Part shown: in pieces, positions 52,846 to 64,000 of the stretch | Position numbering within the stretch: the stretch's first letter is position 1 | Layout of the letters: each line of letters opens with the position of its first letter | Source: Mobula birostris | Lineage: Eukaryota | Length of the DNA stretch: 64,000 nt | NCBI RefSeq assembly: GCF_030028105.1 | Contig: NC_092382.1 | Coordinates: 92,200,295-92,264,294, forward strand | Direction: 5' to 3' | Notes under the pieces: generated by a model | Told to the model about the DNA's origin: nothing | Seen by the model: only the letters and a program-made list of their open reading frames with translations | Database searches by the model: none | Program-made: the position numbers and the translations under genes

Positions 52846-53873
52846 GGGAGTTATAACACAATCACGGCTGACGAATGAGCAATACTGACAGATCAGCGTT
52901 CCGGGTTACAGATCCTACACTAGTGATAGACGTGGAGGTAGTGTTGTTTATCATCAACTAATCTAGGTTAGGCAAGTCTCTACACAACTATTAATTAATC
53001 AAAACTTGCACTTTATTGACTCTACGTAACCATTTTGATCCCCGGCCAACAACTCAAACATAAATTCTACTGTTCCCCCTGTACCAAAAACTCCTCCAAT
53101 TTACAACACTGAAATAGGAGATCTCCCATTGGTCAAACGATCGATACATCTTCTCCCAGCACCCGGCATGGGGTCGTGCTTGCGATAGCTAGTCTCGGGA
53201 GTTGCCGCTGTTTTGTGTTCAATTCCTCATCTTCTTACACTCTGCTTATCTGTGCAAATGTTGAGATTCAGTCTCGTTGGCTCTGTCCAATCTGGCTAAT
53301 GTGTGTCAGCTTCCCACTGACTCTGCTCCAAGCCAGCATAATTTTATTGCCCTTGTCCCAAATGACAAACGTGTTCTGTCTCTTTGTTCGGAATCACAGC
53401 AGAGCAGCCAGTTGCGTGGTTTGTGTTAGTCAGGTCAAACACTGTCTCCTCCGTTCATAAACCTGCATGTTCCATCGGACCAGAGAGTTCTTCGCAAATA
53501 ACTTCTTACTTGAAAATGATCTCCAGCGCAGCAGAGTATCAGGAGTATCAATCAATTCACTTTAAATCGCTTTGATGCAGGTACTCCTGAGCAGAGCAAT
53601 TTACAAGAAAGTTCACAAAATGGAGTACACAGAACAGCTTCACAAAACGGCAGCCTCCATTCCTTCATCCACATGGCAAGAACAAAAGCAATCGGTTTGT
53701 CTACTTCCACGCTCCTTGACCCATTCGTATCCAATGTATTCCTCCATATTTTAATCGTTCATGACTAGGAGAGTGAGGGTTGCGTTTTTGATCAAGTGGA
53801 ACATCATGGTAATTCGTCTGGAAGTGAGACTATCTGGTCAGAAACAGGGTTGATAGCTTTGATTGGAATGTGC

Positions 53874-54135
53874 TACGAGGGATGATTGATATGCTCGTGG
53901 CCTAAGGTAGAAGGAGTCAATCTTAGAAAACCTAGCACATTTATTTTTCAACGTAGTCCTCTCCTGCATTTACACACTTAGTCCAGAGGTCGTGGAGCAT
54001 ACGGATCTTGGACCTCCAGAAACTGTCCACAGTAGAGGTGACTGATAAGTTCGTGGCCTAAGCTAGAAGGAGATGAGTTATACAGCTCTCACATGAGTGA
54101 TTCCACAGAAAGTTTGAAGTTAATAACCCATCTCA
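53874..54135. mobile_element. Mariner-type MITE fragment
   Basis: TA-CGAGGG..TGATTGATA TIR-like start, with an internal repeat of TCGTGGCCTAAG.TAGAAGGAG at about 54050. Confidence 0.55.
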
Positions 54136-55531
54136 TACAGTTTTGTCCAAGTCATATGTAAGAGGCACTGGTACAGAGAGTGGAGTTAAACCAATTCGGG
54201 GTTGGGTGGGGTGGGGGGGCGGTGTGGTGCACTGAAGAGACATATGAGAGTGTTCTTGCCAGCAGTATATTCGGATCAATAGATTGCATGAACATAATTC
54301 GTTTGAAATGTTGATCTGCGATGAAGCTCTCTACTCAATTCAATATATGGACATTGCATTAGCCAGAGCTGCAAATCTGTTTGTTAATAGGCCCTGGATG
54401 GGCGTGATATGTCAAATTACTTGTATAGGAAAGGTGTGGAATGATATTGAACCTGCTCAGCCGACTGTAAACGGCTCCAGAAGGCCCCTTGGACGATATG
54501 TGTTGAGCGGCCACTCATTCTGTGCTGAACCGCCGTTTGGTTCTACAGTCATTCGCAGCCGTGTGGCCTGAGGAAAACCCTGGCGTCTGGAATTGCAATG
54601 TATCTTATTCCCTGCATCTCTCTGGTCCTTTTAGAAACTCAGCGGCTGCATTTATCGAACTACAATCCTTAAGAATGGCTCCAGATTGCAAAGGATTGTG
54701 GCAGATACCCATCCAGGTATAAACGACTTTCCACAACTAGTTATCACCATCCAAACATCCGGCTCCTGATCCAGTGTGGATAACTTCACTGACTGCAACT
54801 CTGAACTGACTCCACAATCTAGAGACCCACTTTCAATGACTTTATATTCTCTGTATTATTTATTCATATTTTTATTTTTATTTGTTCCCTTTTGTCTTCT
54901 CTTGCACATTGGTTGTTTGTCAGTCTTTGTTTATATATAGTTAACATTAATTCTATTGTATTGCTTTGTTTTCGCCTGAAAGAACATGAATCTCAAGATA
55001 GTGTAAGGAGACATTTATGTCCTTTGATAACAAACTTATTTTGACTTTGACTTTTTAGTTCTTTGGTACCTACAGCAAAAACTCAAGATGTTTGTTGTCC
55101 TTTGTCCTCTTTAATTTCCAGAATACAGGAACACAAGTAAATAAGAACGGGGATGAGCCACGTCTCTCCTGCCAAGCTGGGCGGATTGGTTTACACAACA
55201 ACCGCAGGCGGGTCACTGACTCTGAAACAATATTCTCATGGCGGTAAGATCGCCGCTCTAAATATCCACTCTCTAATGTGTCATATTTTCCATTCTTAGG
55301 AGTTTCGCAATTAATTCTATAAAACAAGCAAATGAAAATCCCAGCAGGGAATTCGCTCGGCTGATGTTTATTTTTAACACGCATTTCGAAAATCACTATT
55401 TTTAATTGTTGAAGTTTCCACGTCCCCGCGGGAATCTCAACGGCGATAAAAACTTTGGCCCTGTAACGCCTCGAAGTTTCACTCGGACAGGGTTACCGGA
55501 GGTGTAGGGTGAACAACACTTCGCGCAGAAA

Positions 55532-55598
55532 ATGCTGTACATCTATCACAGTGTTGAGAAAATAGTCTATGTTATCATTGCCGTCATCGGTGTTCCTG
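55532..55598 (+). CDS. GPR139-like GPCR gene 4, exon 1 (MLYIYHSVEKIVYVIIAVIGVP-); exon 2 expected beyond the window
   Basis: Same 67-nt length, phase and CCTG|GTAAGT donor as the other three genes, and the upstream motif is shared. Confidence 0.8.
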
Positions 55599-55684
55599 GT
55601 AAGTGAACGCAGCCATTCAAATAGTGTTACTCCGGGTGTGATGTTATGACAGTTAATACAGAAATAGTAAAAACACAAAACGAA

Positions 55685-56235
55685 AACAATACTTGGAATA
55701 TTGCTCTCGATTCTGATCTCCTCGTTACAGAAAGGATGTGAAACCCTTAAGAGGATGCAGGGAGGATTTACCAGGTTTTTGCCGGGAATAAACAGTACCT
55801 CATAAGGAAAGTTCGCGTGAGCTCGGGCTTTTCTCTTTGGAGAGAAGGGCGATGAGAGGTGACTTGACAGACGTGTACAAGATAATAAGAGGCATAGAGC
55901 AAGTGGATATTCAGAGACCTTTTCCCAAGGTGGAAATGGATAATACGAGGGGGCACAGTTTTAAAGTGATTGAAGGAAAATGCAGGAGAAGTCAGAGGTA
56001 AATCCGTTTATTCGCTCGGAGAGCGGTGAGTGCCTGAGGCACTCTGCCAGAGATGATGGTAGAGGCAGATGCATCAGGAGTATTTAACAATCCCCTGGCT
56101 CGGCACAAAAATGAAAGATAAATGATGGGCAATGTTAGAGTGCAGGGTGGAATGATCTTGCAGTAGGTTAAAAGGTCGGCACAACAACGTGGGCCGAAGG
56201 GCCTGTATTATGTAGAACTGTTCTCTGTTCTATTT
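55685..56235 (+). mobile_element. CR1 LINE 3' fragment
   Basis: ELGLFSLERRAMRGDLTDVYKIIRGIE peptide plus 3' UTR. Confidence 0.85.
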
Positions 56236-56864
56236 TGTAGGCACCATTAACCGTGGCAGGGCGTTCCACATACTCATCAGTCTATGCAAAGTATGATACC
56301 TCTGGCATCCCCATATATACTTCCCTCCATTCACTTTTAAATTATGCCAGAAAACCCATAAACTGCAAGCTGTTATTCTTTTTCATCAACATCCCAGATG
56401 CTTTCGTCACCTGCTTCCAAAATTCCAATTATTATGAAACGATAATCATTGCGATTTCAGAACATAATAGGTCTTGACACTATATGTGTGGGAAGTAAAT
56501 CTTTCTGCCGGAGAGGGAGGAAGTGAGAGACTGAGAAAGCTCAGGTAACTGGTGATCAGTTGGCCTGGGATCAGGCATAGGTGTAGTGGTCGCTCCTTTA
56601 TGAGGAAAGAGCGCACAGATACTTGGCAGAGACTAGAAAAGGCCAGCGTTGCTGCATGGAAGGAAGGTCATGTCTGACAAGCCAGTGTGCGCGTTGACGA
56701 CATAACCAGAGAGACAAGTACATCATTCATTCAAAACTATCACTCGGGCGCAGCAAGCGGTGACAGCGCCCCGGATACACTGCCCCTGAATGAGGGAACT
56801 TTTGACATCAAGAGAAAGGCATCCTAAATACCTCTGTAGACAGCCGGTGCAAAACTATCCCATG

Positions 56865-57334
56865 GGACCATAAGGTCATAAAATACAGGAGCAGAAAGGG
56901 GGCATTTGTCCCATCTAGTCTTCTCCGCCATTTCATCATGGCGGATTCATTTTCCCTCTCAGCCCCAGTGTCCTGAGTTGTCCCCATACTCCCTCATGCC
57001 CTCAGGCTGCGTCTTCTGGTCTTAAACTCTCCCGCCAGAGGGAGCATCCTCTCTGCACCCACTCTATCGAGGTCTCTCACCATTCGATAGGTTTCAATGA
57101 GGTCACCCCTCATTCTTCTGAATTCCAGTGAATACAGCCCCAGAGTCATCGAACGTTCTTCATATGACAAGCCTTTCAATCCTGGAAACATTTTCGTGAA
57201 CTTCCTTTGAGCTCTCTCCGGTTTCAGTCTATCCTTTCTGAGATGACGGGCTCAAAACTGCTCAAAGTGCTCCGTGGGACGACACCAGTGCTTTATAAAG
57301 TCTCAACGTTACATCCCTGCTTTTTTTATTCTAT
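56865..57334 (-). mobile_element. CR1 LINE 3' fragment, interrupted by the Gypsy LTR
   Basis: MFPGLKGLSYEERSMTLGLYSLEFRRMRGDLIETY. Confidence 0.88.
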
Positions 57335-58329
57335 TGTCACGTACCCTGTGACGGGAATAAAGAACCAGCAGAGATGGAAAACACTTTGGAGTCCAGGATT
57401 GCTATAAACTAATAATATTTATTAGTAACTACACAATACAGTAATATAAATGTAGGTAAATCAAACAGGTTAGCAATGATTTTATATATGTAAGTAAGTA
57501 TATCAGTAAGTGTGGAAATATATGTATGAAAAACCAAGCTTCTTTAAGTTTAGGGGTGAAAAAGATACAGTCTTACGATGATGGGTAAAGTTCAGACCAG
57601 TTCAGTTCGTGGTATTGAGTTGAGTAGTGATGGAGACAGAGAGAGGGGGATATTTGAGTCTTCAGGTGCTGACGCTGTCGATCTTTCCGTTGTCCTTCGA
57701 AATCCTTTAAAAGTCACCGACTGTGACTTTAACAAAGGGAACAGGTTTTCTGTGGTGGAGCTATCCCCCAGGCGAGGGTGGACACATGGACAACTCCCCA
57801 CCAGTCAAACCTTTTCCTCTTTCCACTGCAAGAGCGATAGATCGATCAGCCTGATCAATCCTCCAAAACCCACTTTTCCTGCGGGCAAAACAATGCTCAT
57901 TCAGTGTCCAAACGTATGTCTCAGGTCTGTATCATCTGACTTCCTATTTTCTCTTCCCATACTGAGCATCAACTGTCATTCAAATAATCTCTCCTTCCTT
58001 TGTCTGTGTAAGAAAAGCAAGCAGGCAAAAAGCCTTGAAGAAAATGTCAACAACTTGCCGAAAATCATACCATCGAGTGTCCATTAAATAACACCGCTTT
58101 CTGTCACCATAGCAACTTACGAGCTCCTCGATACTGTCTGCAACTCCAGCAGAAATTCAAGAGTTAACCAGTTCTTTCTCGTGCCTTAAAGTGACAGTCC
58201 AACCAGGTAGTCTTCGTCTCTCTCTCTCTCTCTCTCTCTCTCTTAGAAACAAGTCGGTGTTAAATAACTCTCTCTCTCTCTCTCTTTTCAAAAGCACAGT
58301 TAATAGGGGTACTTCAGGATCCCTTCACA
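57335..58329 (-). repeat. 3' LTR of the Gmr1-like element
   Basis: TGTCACGTACC...CCCTTCACA. Direct repeat of 62360-62876. Adjacent purine tract GAGGAAAGGGAA on the minus strand. Confidence 0.9.
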
Positions 58330-58647
58330 TTCCCTTTCCTCAGAGAAAAAAAATTGACAAAGATGATTTTTTGTCTAAATGTAAATTACAGAGTTTGAAA
58401 CAATACAAGTAAAATCATCAGAGGACAGAGCAAAAATGTGTACAATTTCCAACTTAATATCTGGATAACTAATTAGCTATAATACTGTCAGTACCTTTCA
58501 CATGTTTGATTTTAAGTCACATTGCTGCAATATCAGAATCCAATTTAACAACCCTCTATTCTTATCCTTCATCTTAGTTAGAAATATCAACCGATTATAA
58601 CCCATGTAAACTACAAGTGGTCTCTGGGCAACAGAAAGATTTTGAGA

Positions 58648-60207
58648 TCACTGATCATAGGCCTCAAAATGTTGTAAAGCCAGAATAAGTGCTAGTAATT
58701 CCTTTTCAACAGTTGAATAATTTTTCTGGTGCACCTTACAGTTCTTTGAGAAATAAGCTATTGGTTGTTCAATGTCATTCACATCCTTCTGTAACAGTAC
58801 TGCCCCAGCAGCTTCCTCACTAAAGCCTGTTGTTATTGAAAATGGTTTTGAAAAATCAGCTGCTTTCAGCACAGGATGATAACACAGGATGGTTTTCAGA
58901 CGTTCAAATGTCTCCTTGCAAACGCCATTCCATACAAATCTTTCACTCTTCCCCAGGTGTTTTGTTAGGGGGAGAGCGATGTCAGCAAAGTTCTTATAAC
59001 ACTTATAATTATACCCAACCGTTTCTAAAAACCTTCTCAAAGCTTTCTCGCTGGTCAGAACGGGAACCTCAGCAATAGCTTGAAACTTGGCCTGTACGGG
59101 ATCCATTTGGCCTTGGCCCACCACATAACCCAGATATGTAACTGTGGCATGGCCAAACTCACTTTTAGAGAGGTTCCCAGTAAGATTGGCCTTGGAAAGT
59201 CTGTCAAACAGTTTTTCTACAGCTGCTATCTGCTCTTCCCACGTGTCATTCCAGACCACTAAATCATTGATATGAACTCCTGTATTTTCTAAACCTCCAA
59301 TCAAAGAATTGAGCATTCTTAGAAATGTCCATGGTGCATTTTTCATCCTGAAGGGTAAAACATTGTACTCATACAGTCTAGACGGTGTCACAAATGCTGA
59401 TATCTCTTTAGCCCTCTCTGTTAAAGAAACACCCCAGTATCCTTTTAACAAGTCAATCTTAATAAGGTATTTAGCCTTCCCCACTCTATCAATACAGTCA
59501 TCCATTCTCTTTCCTTCTTCTTTCTTGTTTCTAATTCCTTCTTCAACCATTTTCATTTTCTCAAAGTTCTCACTGTGAAGATGTCGTTTCATGGGCTGGG
59601 CTGAATTTATAACGACGTGATGCACTGCACCTGTGCACCATTTCAAAATGCCAATTAGTCCTTTCACTTGTTTTTGTGGTTTAGGGTCCAACTGATGGAC
59701 CTTATCAGTAATATTTTCCAAAACAATGGAATTCTGACATCTGGGTGAGATTAGATTTAGTGGGTAAACATGCTTTTCCACTCCTTTATCAGATTCCATG
59801 ACTCCATCTTGTTCCATAACAATTCTCCCAGCTGCAATTCTAGCAAATAAGTGTCTTATTTTGACTCGACCATTTTGTAAACTTTCCTTGGCAAAATCAC
59901 AAATCTTACTAAATCTCTTCCAGAATTTTAAAACATAATTAAGCACACTGACACATATTTCTAAATCAGACCATAGTTCTCTGAGTAGGGTCAAAAGTCC
60001 TTTTGGCCTGTAACTGAATACAGGGTCCAACAGACTACCCTTCAATGCCTTCTGAATCGAATCTCCAACAATAAATAAGAGGAGGGGAATCCCCTCATCC
60101 CAATTTTTCCCATTTCTCACATCATGTGCTTTAATCATAGTCTTAACAGTTGAGTTGAACCGTTCCAAGGCTCCCTTGGACTCTGTGAGATATGTAGATG
60201 ACACCAT
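58648..60207 (-). pseudogene. pol: Degenerate pol ORF (519 aa): integrase C-half, RT, RNase H
   Basis: GALERFNSTVKTM..WDEGIPLLLF (IN); KIDLLKGYW, LPFRMKNAPWTF and HIND in place of YxDD (RT); PIAYFSK..NYSTVEKELLA (RH). Confidence 0.88.
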
Positions 60208-62337
60208 GTGTTTAGCTTCTAATTCTCTAACTATCCCCTGGAATGTTCCCGAAGTAAAGTTACTGCCCTGGTCAAATTGAATTTCTCTGGGCAGACCTAC
60301 CAGTGTGTAAAATTACTGAATGCTGTTACCACAGTCTTGGCCTCGATGTTTCCAATAGACATTGCTTCAGGGGACCTAGACAGAGCACACACAATTGTAA
60401 ACACATACTGATAACCATCTGCAGTCTTTTGCAATGGGCCCACACAATTCACTACATCCTTCCTTAAACTAGGCCAGTAAAATTCCTTCATAATCCTGTT
60501 CACTGTCTTTCTCACTCCATGAGGTCCACTTAAAGACATACTGTAAGCCATGTTTAAAATTTCAGCCCTGTAACCTTTCAGAACCACCACGTGACTTGCA
60601 CGCACTGTGGCTGGTCTCTACCTCTTCATCAACGCCCCATTTTTAAGGTAATGTCCCACTGACTCTCTCCGAACCTCCTCTCCTATGAGACTTATCACCC
60701 TTAAAGCCACCATTCCAGAATCTCGTTTCTGTTCCGCTGTAAATTCCTTCCTCAATAAAGACAAACCTTTCTCATACACCTTATTCTTATCAGCTGCACT
60801 ACCCTCTAAGCCCTGCCGAAATCTGGAAGGTAGAAAATTCTGTGACACATCATTATAAATTAAACCTCTGGGTTTGCTATCATAGGCCTCAACAGGCTGC
60901 TTACTCATCAGCTGAATTGCTGAAACACACTTATCTTGGAGAGATGTCAACATGCCTCCATTGTTTACCAAATTCAGTACCATCATCAGGCTGATGAGAA
61001 TCATGTATATATTATGAAAGAGGCTAAACAATCTCTTTATCAGCTTTCTCTGACCCTCACTACGAGTGCTTCCATGGCAACGTCCACTCCAACATCATAA
61101 CAATTCTTCTTTTCCCGAACAACGTAACCTTGCAAGTGCTTCCCTCCAAATGTCCAAACAAAATTCAACAGAGGAGCACATCTTCCCTCAGCAGGCCGTT
61201 GTCCTGCAAGCAGGGTCAAAGGTCACGCAACCAATCTAACCTTTCCCAGCACATTATCCAAAAGTCCAGAAACAGCACTTTTCCCATTATTTTCAGCAAC
61301 ACTGATCTCACCAGCTTTTAAAACATGGTCTAATATAAATGACTGAGAATCCTCACATTCCACTTTTACCAAGGTTAACCCCTTATTCACTGAACCAAGA
61401 TCATCTGACACACAAAAGCTGCATTCCTTTCCAACCAAGCCAGGCACCTCAGACTTCAACATGAGGTTCAGAATCCCGTGAACTCACAGGTATTCAACAA
61501 CCTGAACACATTCAATCGGAACAGCTGCCTCCTCTGGGCTGTCAGCACTTGTTCCAGTTCCAATTTCAATGTCACCCCGAACCTCACAGCTATTCTCTGG
61601 CAAAATCTTTTCTGGAGTAAGCTCAACCTCGTGGGTTAAAACTTCTTCGTCTGCTTTCTTATCAAACCTCTGCAAGGTAGCAGCATCCTCTGCATCTGGG
61701 TATTCCCTTACCTCATCAACAACACAACTTTTAAATTCATCACACAAACAAGCCCTTCAGAGCTGTAAAAATCATCAGGGACCGACACTAAACCTCTTTG
61801 CTGCAACCTCTCCCTTTTAAACTGTCTCTGTCTTTCTGCCACGTGATCTTCACGTTGCCATTTCTCCCTCTCGAGCTGTCTCTGTCTTTCTGCCTCTTCT
61901 CTCTGTCTTGCTGCCCTTCTAACCTCACCAACCCTCCTCTTTCATGCCTCAACAGCCTCGAGCTGTTTTAATTTCAATTGCAATTTCAATTCGTGCTCCA
62001 TTCTTAATTTTTCCAACTGAAGCTGAAGCTCATCCTCAGCAGATTCACCTTACACGAACAAGCCTAACGCCTCCTCATCAAACGTTCCCTTATCTATATA
62101 ATGCTGAGCTATTACTGTCTGCATCTGAGATTTCCTCATGATAGTGGTCACCTTTAGTTTTAACTTTTGAGTAATTCCCAACAGCACAACCCTCGTAGCA
62201 TCATCCAACGCTTCCGGGGTTGGTTCCAACATAAACTCCTCAACATTAGCATCCATATCTGCTGTATTTCCACACAACCAAATCAAAAGGGATTTTCCCC
62301 AATCAATTCAAACCAGCCTCCCGACTAATTTGTTCAT

Positions 62338-62355
62338 ATCCCGGACGAGCCCCAA
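62338..62355 (-). promoter_or_regulatory. Primer binding site complementary to tRNA-Pro
   Basis: TTGGGGCTCGTCCGGGAT 4 nt inside the 5' LTR, one mismatch to the canonical TGGGGGCTCGTCCGGGAT. Confidence 0.88.
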
Positions 62356-62359
62356 TTTC

Positions 62360-62876
62360 TGTCACGTACCCCGTGACGGGAATAAAGAGCCAGCAGAGAT
62401 GAAAAACAGTCCAGTTCAGTTGGTGGTATTGAGTTGAGTAGTGATAGAGGGGAGAGATTTGAGTCTTCAGGTGAGCTGACGCCGTCGATCTTTCCGTTGT
62501 CCTTCGAAATCCTTTAAAAGTCACTGACTGTGACTTTAACAAAGGGAACAGGTTTTCTGTGTTGGAGCTATCACCCAGGCGAGGGTGGACACATGGACAA
62601 CTCCCCACCAGTCAACCCCTTTCCTCTTTTCCACTGCAAGAGCGATGGATCAATCAGCCTGATCAATCCTCCAAAACCCACTTTTCCTGCGGGCAGAACA
62701 ATGCTCATTCAGTGTCCAAACATGTGTCTCAGGTCTGTATCATCTGACCTCCTATTTTATCTTCCCATACTGAGCATCAACTGTCATTCAAATAATCCCT
62801 CCTTCCTTTGTCTGTGTAAGAAATGCAAGCAGGCAAAAAGCCTTGAAGAAAATGTCAACAACTTGCCAAAAATCAT
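62360..62876 (-). repeat. 5' LTR of the Gmr1-like element (internally deleted and truncated)
   Basis: Matches 57335-58068 except for a missing block of about 215 bp (57385-57597). Similarity ends at AAAATCATA. Confidence 0.9.
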
Positions 62877-63521
62877 AAAGCAGTTAGAGCGTGAGTGGGC
62901 CAGTGAAGGAGTGGAGCTTTGAGGCTTTGACTCGAGAGATTCTGGCAGTTTTGGCAGTTGGTCTGTGCAATCAAGTCAGTCAAGATTTGAATAGATCAGC
63001 AGAAAGCCGTTATAAGACAATCAAGATTTGAATAAGCTCAGACTCAACAGAAAGCAGCTGATTGGGCAGTCGAGGTCAGGTGACCAAACATTTTGAAAAG
63101 CTCCAACAGATAAATAGAGGGATAGCTCTACCCTCAAGGGTGACGTTCTCAGGATTGTTGCCAGAGCTACGTGACCGAGATGGTAAGAATTGGAGGAGAT
63201 GGCAGTTGAATGCGTGGCTGAGGAGTTGGTGCAGGGAGCAGGGTTTTAGATTTTTAGATCATTGGGATCTGTACAGATTGGATGGATTGCACCTGAACTC
63301 CAGGGGGAGCAATATCCTTGCAGGTGGGTTTGCTAGCATGGTTCGGAAGCGTTTAAACTAATTTGCGAGGGGGATGGGACCCAGAGCGATAGAGCAGTGA
63401 AAGAAGTGCATGGAGTAAAGCCAGATCTAACATACAGAGAGGCTTTGAGGAAAGAGCAGCAGAATAAACGGTGTAAAGACAGTAAGGTAGAACGGCTGAA
63501 ATGTGTGTACCTCAATGCAAG
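62877..63521 (+). mobile_element. CR1 LINE 5' portion: UTR, ORF1 esterase C-terminus, start of ORF2 endonuclease
   Basis: SGLLP..LNAWLRSWCREQGFRFLDHW..DGLHLN (SGNH block V), followed by LKCVYLNAS. Confidence 0.85.
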
Positions 63522-64000
63522 TGTAACGTTCCGTTATTTTGGCTCGTGTATGTCTAGGGGAAATCCCGCCCAGCACCTGCTTCAGCAGTCCCCTCAGGGT
63601 CAATCGTCGCCCGAATCAATCACAAACATCAATCATCAGCCAGCACACCCAGTAAATTTTAACACATACACTTTATAGATATTACTAATTCTAGGGCATT
63701 AATATACATTTGATACAGAGAGGAAAGTAGTGAAAAAAAAGGCGCCAACACTTATCAAAGTCCAAGTTCTTCGCGCGCTACCGTTGGAGCTCAAGTTCGA
63801 CGTCAGACGACCACCCGAATTCCGTCGACCCACGGCTCGGGACCACCCGAAGTGATCGACCGGAGCCTCTCCGCACGTCCGCCGTCCTCCTCGTCTCTCC
63901 TCCCGACTCCCCGCCAAAACTCAGTCCACAGTCATATCATACAGCATGGCATCCGAAAACAAAACGATACATAACCACCCATTGGCTAATAGCACCCTCT
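63522..64000. mobile_element. Probable LTR interrupting CR1 ORF2, running off the window
   Basis: Abrupt switch at TGTAAC directly after the YLNA codons. The other end is not visible. Confidence 0.5.

Larger units (their letters stand above)
57335..62876 (-). mobile_element. Gmr1-like Gypsy/Ty3 LTR retrotransposon, defective (gag-PR-IN-RT-RH)
   Basis: 3' LTR 57335-58329 (TG...CA). PPT 58330-58341. 5' LTR 62360-62876, truncated. tRNA-Pro PBS. Integrase motifs at 60605-60050 lie upstream of RT/RNase H. Confidence 0.92.

Overview
Eukaryotic, repeat-dense genomic DNA. The TE content (CR1, Rex1/Babar, Penelope-derived, tRNA/CORE SINE, Tc1/mariner, Gypsy) and the gene family point to a cartilaginous fish, probably a ray (inference). 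The only host genes I can support form a cluster of two-exon, GPR139/GPR142-like rhodopsin-class GPCR genes. Each has a 67-nt coding exon 1 that the ORF track misses and a large exon 2. Gene 1 (+, 16021-16087 / 22911-23815, 323 aa) and gene 2 (+, 30147-30213 / 33881-34785, 323 aa) are intact and sit in a ~10-kb tandem duplication. Gene 3 (-, 46699-46633 / 44116-~43735) is a frameshifted, truncated pseudogene. Gene 4 (+) shows only exon 1 (55532-55598); its intron runs off the window and holds a decayed Gmr1-like Gypsy element with PR-IN-RT-RH order. Most interesting: (i) the receptor paralogs are patchily homogenised but diverge in TM4-ECL2; (ii) all four share a TCCC(N)GYGGRRAT motif plus a TATA-like box upstream of the ATG, resembling the O/E (EBF) and homeodomain grammar of olfactory-receptor promoters, which suggests an under-described expanded chemosensory-type receptor family; (iii) a minisatellite whose single ancestral unit survives in the paralog. 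Assembly gaps lie at 24855-25692 and 51006-51309. All alignments and identities were judged by eye.
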